A stretch of DNA of 64,000 bases, taken from NCBI RefSeq assembly GCF_964204645.1, contig NC_134026.1:6719950-6783949 (forward strand). The letters run 5' to 3'. The notes beneath the pieces were generated by a model. It was not told where the DNA came from. It saw only the letters and a list, made by a program, of their open reading frames with translations, and made no database searches. Origin of the DNA: Tubulanus polymorphus (lineage: Eukaryota > Animalia > Nemertea). The position numbers were made by a program, and so were the translations under genes. Positions 48,438-59,554 of the stretch are shown piece after piece; the first letter of the stretch is position 1, and each line of letters opens with the position of its first letter.

Positions 48438-50421
48438 ATGCCGAATAAGACGCGCATTAAAGAAAAAACGACTGTATTGAAAACTGAGTTTAAAATGAAA
48501 GATCTTTTCAATAAAAATGATCGACCTGTTTCGCCAACAAATGCGAACAGTGAAAGCGATAGCGATTTCAATAGAAATATAGCGGATAAATTTGACAGTA
48601 GAACCGCTGTTCTCATATCTAAACATGACATATTCGTTTCTAAACGGCTTCTGGAAGACCTGCGTTTATTGAAACCGACGACACAAAAAACAAAACAGCA
48701 AAAACAGGTTGTTAAACAGAAGTTAGAAGAGGGTTCAACTCGAGCTTACGATCGCTCATACACACCGGTGGAATCGTCTGCATGGGTCCGGAGGAATAAT
48801 ACTTCTTTGGTTTCTTTCGACTTTCCTAAAACTGGTAAATTAAGGTAAAATATATAAGATAGGTGTGTAAGAGATTAGATATACATGTAGTTATCAGATA
48901 AGATTGTAAGATTGAAAAAATCGAGTCCGTGTTTCCTTGGGCTCGTGTCGTTTATGCAACGTTTCGATAGTCATCTTCAGGAGTACTTCAGCATGGTATC
49001 ATTCATGATTATGATGAATAAACTAACCAACTAGCTAACTTCATTCCCAAGTGTGGGATTTAGTCACAACTAGGACTTAATACTATTGTGGTATGAAAAA
49101 TGTATTTTTTATTGTATTCAACTTATATATTCATTTATCACTCTTGAGAATGCGCTATTGTGGTACTCTCAGTTAGCTAGCTGTAGAAATATAAAGATTT
49201 GGAAATCCATTTATCACTCTTGAGTGCGCTATTGTGGTACTCTTATAGTTGCCTTAGAAATATAAAGATTTGAAAACTGTATTGCAAAATTGTACACCGT
49301 AATGAATCTGACGAATTCAACATTTTTAATCACCCACGAGGTTGCCCGCATTTGGGTTAATTAATGATCTGAACAATTAATGTGTGCTCATTGAAAGTCG
49401 AGCTTTTGGGCCTTAGAATGCTATACATATACCGTACGCTTTGAAAAAAAGAATTCAAATTTCATGTAATTATCATTACCTACGTCTTTTTAAAGATTAG
49501 TTTGTTACCAACTGTGGCGAGAATCCAAAGCTTATTGCACGCGATGGCTCTTTTATCTCTAGAGAATTGTCCGATCGCATGACTTCGATATTTCTGTATT
49601 TTCCCAGGTTATCTACGACGACGGAAAAGACAACGCTACAAAGTTCACCGGCGTCTGCCGAGGGTCGTTCGAAAACTATTTGTTCCCAGACGAAGGAAAA
49701 AGCTAAAGAAAACCTGGAGATGATGTTACCGGAGTTAAAGACGAATTCGTGTCGTCTGCACGGGACCAGAAAACGATCGTCTAGTTCACCGAACTGTCTA
49801 CAACAGACTTCCTCGACATCGGAGGGTCAGAGGTGCGGCGGTATAAGAACGCGCTCCTGTAGTTCGCCACCTCTAATGTTATCACCGGAATTAACTCACA
49901 TCCCGTCCGATAGACTGGAAGCGTACGTCGAGCAGTTATACGCGAATGTTCTACACGATCACTGCGACGACGACTCATCAACTTCTTCCGACGACTCGTG
50001 TTTAGCTACGAACCGTATTAGAAAATTCGGCAATTCTAAAACCGCCGCAAATTCGAGACATTTCACTTTACCCGAAATTCACAACGATTCGTCTTTGTTT
50101 CATCGAAAAACGTGTCGGTACCACAACGTAAATAGTAACTTATCGAATACAGCATCGGTGGACGATGCTACTCGAGAGGAGGTGGCGGAGCGGGGCGCTG
50201 GACGTCGCAAACACAGCGAGGACGTAGTTCGTACGTGGCTTCACCGGGGCGATAGTGCCCCGAAATATGTCACTAATCTGGTAGACTATAACGCGTTACA
50301 AGAACACGATTCCGAAAAACCGACCAAGACTAAACAACATTTTCCCAGATCGCTAAAACCGACAAAACTGGACATATTTTTACCGACTGCCGGGTCGAAT
50401 TGTCTCGAAGAGAAATTGTAA
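48438..50421 (+). CDS. Uncharacterised two-exon protein, ~406 aa, S/T/K/R-rich, probably disordered
   Basis: join(48438-48844, 49608-50421). Start ACCATG; donor AAG|GTAAAA (phase 2) and acceptor TTCCCAG|G (phase 2) join two long ORFs in frame (1221 nt). Raised GC/CpG as in the other exons. No domain recognised. Confidence 0.7.
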
Positions 50422-53054
50422 ATGTTTTAGATGAAAGAAGTGCTTAGCCTAAAATGTGGATTTTTGCACAGTTCGATTCGTCATCTAAATATTGATAAAT
50501 GAATTTGTTTATGGTCAGTGCCCCTTAAACCGTGCGGATCAGTTTATTGCTAGATAACATTATTGCTGGTAATTTTGTTATAGAATTACTCAAGATGCTC
50601 AGAAAACGATCAATTTTTTTTGAATTCTTCTGAGGTGAGGACCCGTAACCCCCGCTGTCCTGATGCTACGGCATGATCGCAGTCAGTTTCTGTGCTGTAC
50701 TGTTTATACAGCGGCCTAGGAAGTTTTGTACCCCCTCTAAATTCTTGGATCCAGTTTTGCTTTTGATGGTCATTTTGAACATTTTCATTCTACACTGCGT
50801 GCCATACTCAAAATAAAATAGAGACCTCTCTTTTGTGTTTTATATGTTTTTAGTGGTTCTCGATGGTATTTATCAACTCTTTGCTCATCCTCGCTTGCCA
50901 GGGTTTGAAAGCCTCCCGCCGAAGCTCACACCAACACCTAGGCGCATATCCTTTATCACATTGCTCAGGATGTCTTGGGCGACGGTTGCCGCTTAGCGGC
51001 TACCAGTCTATGGATTGAACCTCCCTGATTGAACCATATCAGATGCAGTTTTTCAGTAGTTCCCACGGATCTCCTGGGAACCATAAATTTCACTATGTTC
51101 CTCGCACTAAGACATGTTAATTGCCCAGGAGTGATGGTGGCTTGGTGTGCTTGGCTTTGATTCAATTGAGGCAAATCATTGTTTACACCAAGTTGGTTTA
51201 GATGCCCAGCATATATCCGACCTCGGTAGATGTCATATATACTACATGTTTACACTGACTACGTGTGACTAAAACCAACCAAAACAATAGGAAATAAAGG
51301 AACGAAAATAGAAAGATTTACTATACATGCATGCGTTTATTGACGTAGAATGGAAAGCAGCAAGTTGCTCACACAGACAGCTCTACACCTGATTGATTGA
51401 ACCCCCGAGTTCTTAAAAATAACACACATACACACAATACTACTACACCATCATCATCATCATTCTCATCCGAGACGAAACTTCACTAAAATTATTCATC
51501 GATTGAAAGATTTGTAATATTTGCACCAAAAAAGAAGCAACTAAACAAAGCAAACCAACAGAGAGAGAACAGACCAGCTGAATAAAGGAGACAAAAATAC
51601 ATTCGTTAATGCTTCGATAAAATTAACTGGCTAAGGAGGTGGTTTTAGCGGGGACCTCTTCACTGGACACAAAAAAATTACGGCTAGATGAATCGCATCC
51701 TCCATGGCAGGGATTCCGATAGCATCGAGACTCGCCACGGTACCGAAACCCCGCCCGATTAACCGAGCAGCTACATACGCAGCTTAGCAGTGCTGCTCGC
51801 ATTATAGGACAATCATAAATTCTTTTTATTTTAGCCCGGGTTAAACTAATGATGGCTATCTTGAAATATACTCCGGTGACAAAACAACAGGCAATCCAAT
51901 TGGCACTGCACGTTAGCGCGCGACTAAGCTGCGCATGCACCTACATGCTGGGGCTGATCTAGCAGGGGTTTGTGCTAATTCCTCCCGAGGGAGGATGCGA
52001 CTTATCAGAAAACATCAAGGAAAATAACTCCTGCACTGATCAATGTAATTAAATCTTAAATATTAAGAAACATACAGTGGTAAACCGAAGTGATTTCAAT
52101 TGTGACCCGTGCTAAAAAAAAACTGCAATAAACTACAAACTTAAAAACCCTCCTTCAAATGTCTAGAAATTCGAACGATTCACCGCAGTAGACTGCTCAG
52201 GCGAAATTCCAACCAGGATCCAGTTCCACAGCCGTGAGTTCAGAGTTTACTGTGAACTCCGGCTCCAGTTCCACAGTTGTGAGTTAAGAGTTAACTCTGA
52301 ACTACGGATCCAGTTCTGCAGTCATGAGTTACAGTTAGTTCATTTTTAACCCAGAGTATGAAACTGGCTCGTTTTCCATGACAAAATTTTCAAAAATTCA
52401 CACTCATTTTTACCCTGTTATCAGCAAATTCCTGACGGAACTGTTCAATTAGAGTCTACTGCAGCGCGTATTCACAATGCAAGGAGGGATTTACATGTAT
52501 CCTAGAGGAATATTATGCAGCTCTATTTAAAGGAACAATAATAATAATAATTCATGCTTCAAACGTTTCATTCACTTCTCGAGAAAAAAATCATAGAAAA
52601 AATATGACAATATTAAATGCATTATTACAGTAATCAACCTACAGGCATCGGACATTAAATCAATAATAAAAAAGATTTCTCTAATTCTAGAGTGTCAGTC
52701 GCAAGATATAGCACAAAGTATTTTAAAAGACTCGAATAACATTCGTACAATATAAAAAAAAATAATATAACAATAATCAATAGTGATAATACGTACATAA
52801 ATAAAAAAAAGAAGATTAGTCAACGTTTCATTACTAAGTTTCGAGTCCAGTGAAGAGTTTTGTAGGACAGTCATACTAAGTTTAGGGTCAAGTCGTCTTT
52901 ATTTCTGAGTTCCAATTATATTGTAATATCATTTCCAATTCAATTTAAGTGTAAGTCGTTGTTTGGATAAGTCGTCACATAACTCCAAGTCATTTCGATT
53001 TTTGAGTTCCGATTTGTAAACCGGTATTTCAACCGGTATTTCAAATTCAATTTA

Positions 53055-53232
53055 CAGTGAAACCCGGTTACAACGAGACGCTTCATGGGACCAAAAAATA
53101 TGTTCGTCATAACTGATAGTTCGTTATATCCAGTATGAAATTACTTAAGTTTTTTTAACTTAGGATGAAATTCTATATTTGTTATATCCGATGATTCATT
53201 GTATCAGAGTTCATTGTAATGAGGTTACACTG
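53055..53232. mobile_element. pogo/Tigger-like MITE
   Basis: TA|CAGTGAAACCCGGTTACAAC ... TTGTAATGAGGTTACACTG|TA. Confidence 0.7.
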
Positions 53233-54012
53233 TACTATTTGGATCGGTCTTTGACACAACGATCGTCACAACGACTTGACCGTATCAAACTGTAAAACGG
53301 AATGATTTAAGAGGGTTCCCTTACATCTACTTTCAAAAAGTCGACGTTCGATCGAAGGAAATGTATTTTACAAAAATGTCTTATTAAAAGACGTTGAGGA
53401 AAAGTAGGTCGATCCAGTTTAACATTATTCTTACTAGTGACACCATGGACTCTTATAGTCCATGGTCACACGAACGTTATGAACAAATGTTAGCTCGCAG
53501 GAAAATAATACGAACCAAGATACAAACATACAAACAGAATAATAATTAACATAATAATAATAATAATAATAACAATAATAATAATAATAACCTTCTAAAC
53601 AACTAGAACAAACTATAACAAAAGACAAACATGCAAGACACAAAATGACATGAAAAACTGCTCTGACCAAAAACTCCGTGGATGCTTAGAAAAAAAAAAA
53701 ATAAATATCAGGTAAAAATATTCAGTATGCTAATCGAATACCTTAAAACAAACGAGGAATGGAGTGTACTCGTTGAGTGAGGGACAGGAGAGAGGAAGAA
53801 ATACACTCACAACAACATCTACTACAGAATCAGCATCAGCGGCGTTAAAAACAATTCATGAGTTGAAAAACACGATTCAATAATAAGAGATACTAGACTT
53901 ATCGTCGAAATGAGTTGATATTACAAAATACAAATCACAGAAACACAACGTTTTTTTGTTTTAATCATTTCATCAATTATTCTAATCAATAATAATAATA
54001 ATAATAATCGTA

Positions 54013-54048
<36 letters not shown>

Positions 54049-56004
54049 GTGGTAAATATTAATAAATGAATAAAATCAAAGATCACAGAAACAGAGAGTG
54101 GAGTTCGTCCACTAAATCACAGAGAACATTTTCATAAAAACTAAAACTGCTGCATCTCGGAAATCTCCTTCAAATTCCCCGATAAATTCTTCTAAGCGCA
54201 ATTCTAGATTCGCCTCAAATCCACAGAGTCCGGTTCGACAAGTTTTTATATCAAGTGCTCATCATAATTTAACTAAAAATATTGCACCGTTTTATTATTC
54301 TTCATGAATTTTTGAACATATGTTTTTTTTTATCTTCTTCTGCTATTTTCTTTTTCTTTTCAAATATAATCTTCCGAGTAAAAATGCGTTCAGAGACCTA
54401 TAATTCGAAGTTTTCAGTCGTCGCGCGTGCAGGCCCGCGCGTTATTTTCTATAAATAATTATTTACATTTTCATATCTTCATATCTATTCATTAGTAGGT
54501 AATTCCTATTATCACAATATAATCATCGATGAGGTATAACTTCTTAAATCTCAAATATGGCTGAATTTCATCGCCGCTTAATACGCGACGTTTTAGCCGA
54601 TGTGAAGAGAATTGATTGATTTATTTACCAGACCAGTTTAAAAAATCTTCCATATAACAATAACGTTAAAGAGTGGTGGTCAGTTATTGGAACTTAATAT
54701 TGAGCAAATAGATTTTTGTTTTTTGGTTAAAAAACGTTCGTTTCAGAACAGAACACGATACTTACTTATTCGGAGCCTCAACTACCCTCGTTTACTTTTC
54801 ATAGATTATCGCTGAAAATTTTCATTTTAACAAAATTCAACCCGTACAATGCTTGTCTCTTGTTATAGTTTGTTCTCGCCGTTTAAACTAAGTCAAATAA
54901 AAGTTCTTTCCGGATTCCTTACAAATTATCTGAGACCCGAGGGGCATTTCGTAGACTTTTTTCCCCGGGTCATACGGACCGGTTTTACTGGTAAAATCTA
55001 CAAAAGCGACTCCCCGGAATCACAGATACAGATGTATTACAATATAGCCTTACGATATTCACATCTCTTACGACATTTCGATATATTTCGCGAATAGTTC
55101 GTTGAATAATTAATCGTTTCTCTCGCGCGAAGGTTCATTTCGCAACCAGCGAACGTTCATCAATCAAGAGCAGAACGAACTCTTCACAGACGTCGAATCT
55201 CAATAGATACGTATCGCGTTTCATTAGTTGGTATTCTTAAGCCGTTTCGAATCGACGGTGTTTCGAGAAACGATCACCGACGCGAATTCGAAACCTTTTC
55301 ATCGTCGATTACGGCACACAGATCAGTTTTGATTGAGACACTGCCTTTTAAATCATTTCGCCGGTAAATCGTCGATTTAACACACGTCGGTATTTGATAC
55401 AGGATGGCGGATGACATTGCTTTCCTATTCAGGGGTGTTTAACACGTCGTCTCTCGCAGACACACACACACGCGCAGCGCTTCCTTTCTTTTCGCCTTCT
55501 ACGCCTTTCCATTTCGAACTCAATCGTGAAACTCAAAAGAGATTTCTTAATCTTACCGAAGAACGCTTTAAGCAGTAGGTACAATGTCCTCAGAACATAC
55601 AAGACTCGATTTTTTACAGTTCAAGCGATTAACTTCGCGGGCTACGAGATCCTCTGTTGTCAGTATCCCACGTATCTGAATTTGGTGGTGGTGGTAACCA
55701 CTTGCCCGGGATACTGCTGAAATTGAGCCCCGAAATACCAAGTTCGATGTACACAAATCGTTTGTAACAGTTTGATATAATAGTGAGAGTACAATGAGAA
55801 ATAACAGGTTTTTAAGCGAACTATTGGAGTTGTCAATCACAAATCATACTGCATTTTACGAAACCAGCGTCGTTTAACGAGATAACGAACTCAAGGATTA
55901 ATATACGTTCATAACAGTGATATTACAATGTACACGTTCACCTACAATAATGGAACTACAAGTACAGTCGAACACATTTCAGTCGTCATCAGGTCTAAGT
56001 AGTG

Positions 56005-56214
56005 CAGGGCTGCCAACCGCTGAAAAAATCAGTAAACAAATTGAACTATTCCTCAGTAACATTTCATTGAAATGTGAAAGAAAATGTTCAAATCAATCAG
56101 TAATCCACAGTAAAACACCTTTCATATATCTGTACGAATCAATCAAATCGAATCAGTATTTCTGGTTACGAAATAGTAACTCATACTGAAAATCAGGGAC
56201 AGTCGGCAGCTCTG
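56005..56214. mobile_element. MITE with TIR CAGGGCTGCCAAC; second copy at ~57563-57761
   Basis: cagggctgccaacc ... gtcggcagctctg. Internal cctcagtaacat and aaatagtaac blocks are shared with the 57.6-kb copy. Confidence 0.6.
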
Positions 56215-57818
56215 GCACTGACATTATCGAAATCATCTCTACTTTTAGTCCTAATTTGCATGTAAGCATGTCATTTGACAATGTCATCAACATAATGATC
56301 GTCCCGACTACGACTTAGGCGAGTTAGACTGTATCTAGAACTTCACGGATTTCGATATTAGCGGTTTTCTTAGTTACAAAATCTAGCCGACAACTGATAA
56401 AAGGAGCTGCTGTTCTGTAAAACACAGCTCACATTTCGCTTCGTTCGTCATTTACATCGATATTTTCACTACATTGACAAGATGTTTACGAAGACCCGCG
56501 GATTTAACGAAGCTCCTTAAAACGTGCGCCGGTCACATTCTCTCCTTCGAGTTCAATACAAAAATAAACAGAATCTACAAAACTTGTAATAAACATCGGT
56601 TAGCGTAAGAATAACTGGCCAGGGTACAGTTTCATGAAAGAATTAAACTCGAATTTCTGGCTGAATTTTACTCCACGCATGTTTTCGTTGTCCGCAATCG
56701 AATCTACGGTTTAAGCTTAAACTTTTTCGACTGGAACCTGGTCGTTAGTTTTTGAGAATTGTAACTCGGGAAACTTCGTTAAATTCCGCTTTTAATTTTT
56801 TTCAATCGATGTCAATTTTGCATTTGTTTAACGATAACAATTATTGAATCCCGTGTTTTTTAATGATGTGCTTATTGTATTGATCAACATGAATGCCCAA
56901 AGTGTTTACCAGTGCTTCTTAGATAGTAAATCACGCTTTCAATCCCTTCGTTACTTCGTCTCATCCTGTCAACGCGTTTAAAAAAGAATATTTTGTTTAA
57001 ATCTTCAGTTGAAAGTCGATTTTGAGTACGTATTGTTTTTTTAATTTTCAGTGTGCACTAATTGACCTACTACATCATCACACGCAAATGAAGCAAAGAT
57101 CCTAAACGTTCCCGTAATCCAACCCGTTCCATCCCGTTATAGTTGGTTTTTTGTTTTCCTTCATCTTTGTACCCGTACCTCAAACCTCGAGAGGCTTTTT
57201 AACGAGCCCCTCTCCGCACCTGGTGAAGTGTATTCCGCATTCCATCCTGCCCCGCCCTGCCCATGGTGCCCAACCCTATATAAGCCCACCCGCTATTTTG
57301 ATCTAGTTCCCGGGTGTATAATTAGTTATACATATATAACCCAATTTGTTTTTTAATGGTTGGCTAACCAATGAGCTCCTATGCAAAAGGGTTCCCCCCT
57401 TCCCTTAGCGGCGGTACCCTGCGAACACGTAGCAGCCTGTAGGCCCCGTACGATACAGGGTGCGTTTTGTAGCCCTTTTAGTTCCCCTTGGAGCTGAAAA
57501 ATAGAAGAAAGAACATAGACTAGAGTTGTTTGACCTGTCATCAAAACATTTAAACAATATCTGCAGGACTGCCAACCTGCCAAGTTTTATCAGTACAAAT
57601 TGAAATTTGTATATGAAAGAAATAGTTCAAATTAATCATTAATCAACAGTAAAACCCTCAGTAACATCTTTCATATTTCTGTGTGCATAAAAAAAGTCAA
57701 ATCAGTATATTTCGTCAAAAAATAGTAACATATACTTTAGATGGAACAGTTGGCAGCTCTGTATCGAGTAGATACAGATCCACATCCAGTAGAGCACTAC
57801 TCACCTTCAGTGGTGATT

Positions 57819-59520
57819 TCATACTGAATAATGAAGTGCTAAACGTTCCTTTAACGGAGGTGGAAACTGATCAGAGAATCTCTTCCAATCTTCTTCACCG
57901 ACCTGATTCTTAAAACCATGTAAAATCTGTAATAAAATCAATCAATCAATCGATGACGACCAACGCAATCAGTCAATAAAATACACTCTTAAAAATCCCA
58001 ATTGTTAAGAGCTCCTGATTAATGGAGCAGTCCCAATTGATATGAGCTCCCAATCAATGGAGTAATCCCGATTAATTTCAGCACCCGATCGATGGAGCAG
58101 TTCCAATTTATATCTGCTCCCAATTGATGGAGCATTCCTAATTGATGGAACAATAAGAACTTGAGCTGCCAATTGATGGAGCAGTCCCAATTAATGGAAC
58201 AATAAGAATTTGAGCTCCCAATTGTTGGAGTAATTCAGGCGTACACGCATACATACACACGCTCAAACGTACCTTGTAGAACATTTCTTTAAGATCCTGT
58301 TTAGGGCAGACCCACGACGCGACGGCATCGCACCAGAATATAAAATCCTGTATAACGCCGTTAGGGTTCACGCCGATCATGTTACAAACACCTCGAAACG
58401 CGGAGTCTTTCTCTTCATTATCACGAATATTTCTCAGCGACATACACCTAAACATCACCACAAACCGCATATCATTAATCAAACCCTATCTCGTACTATA
58501 TAAACATCTATATACGGTGAAACCTCATCAAGTCGTCATCGAATCGATCAAATTATTGAAGACGTCTCGATTTTTTAATCTCAATTCGTATTTCCAATTC
58601 AAGTTAGAACTAAGCGTAAAGCTAAACTTAGGTTGACTTACGACCCGGTTAGGTCATGTGACGCATTACTCGTCGCTGATTGGCTACGACACGATCTGAT
58701 CGGGTCGTAGAAAATAGAACTTACGTTCTATCCTCTAGATTCGGCTTACGACAGGTCGGCGCGATCAATCCGTTGCGGTCGTAAGTTAACTTGCGTCGAA
58801 AAGGTTCCCGACGAAAAAATCACAGACCGTTCCGACGAGATGATCTGGGCCCAAAATTTCACAAAAAGGATTAGGGCTTAAATCGATTTGAGATAATTGA
58901 TTGATTTCTTTTTGTGAAACTGGGCCCAGGTCGTACGTTGACCCGAGCTTAGCTTTAGCTGTCTTCTGGATCCGACTTCAGCATAACAATCGTCTCGACT
59001 AAGATGACGCAAGTGAGAGTTTCACTGTATACATACAGATAAACGTAATTTAACTCGAAGCAGTGAATTTTGACCGATGTCTTTTATCGGAATGAACTAT
59101 AGCGGCACAACGACGCAGCTACTCATAACCGGACAACAATGCGAGTCCGCGCGTACGTTACAATCGAAATCGCTCTTATTTCTATTATCATCTCATATCA
59201 GACATAACGAGAAACAAGCCACAATTAGCTATAGATCGAAATCGACTACTCTCGAAGAATACCAACGATGTAAGCGGTCGTAGTCCGAGACGTAGAGACA
59301 CATGCTACTGTTTAACATCGAAATAATCTAAATAATCATCGTGTTCAACACTAACAAGCATCTAGAAACTCTGCATTCGGTTATTCCACTATCATTAGTA
59401 AGAGGACTTCTTTTTTTACATAGATCGCACTTAAGACATTCGACTTCATAACTGCTTATATCAGAATAAGCGCATATGTATTCATAATCGCATTTTACAA
59501 ATGGAATCGAAATTGAGATG

Positions 59521-59554
<34 letters not shown>

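Larger units (their letters stand above)
51336..57493 (-). other. Putative long (~6 kb) terminal 3'UTR exon of transportin
   Basis: Acceptor TTTTTCAG|CTCC at 57493. The minus strand is U-rich with no coding ORF. Distal AATAAA at 51336-51341. The true 3' end is inferred. Confidence 0.5.

Noticed and set aside
53434-53670. Poly-Tyr hydrophobic ORF
   Set aside because: Translation of an (AAT)n microsatellite in the presumed 3'UTR.
57996-58232. CRISPR-like repeat array
   Set aside because: Degenerate contiguous repeats with no unique spacers, no cas genes, and located in a eukaryotic intron.
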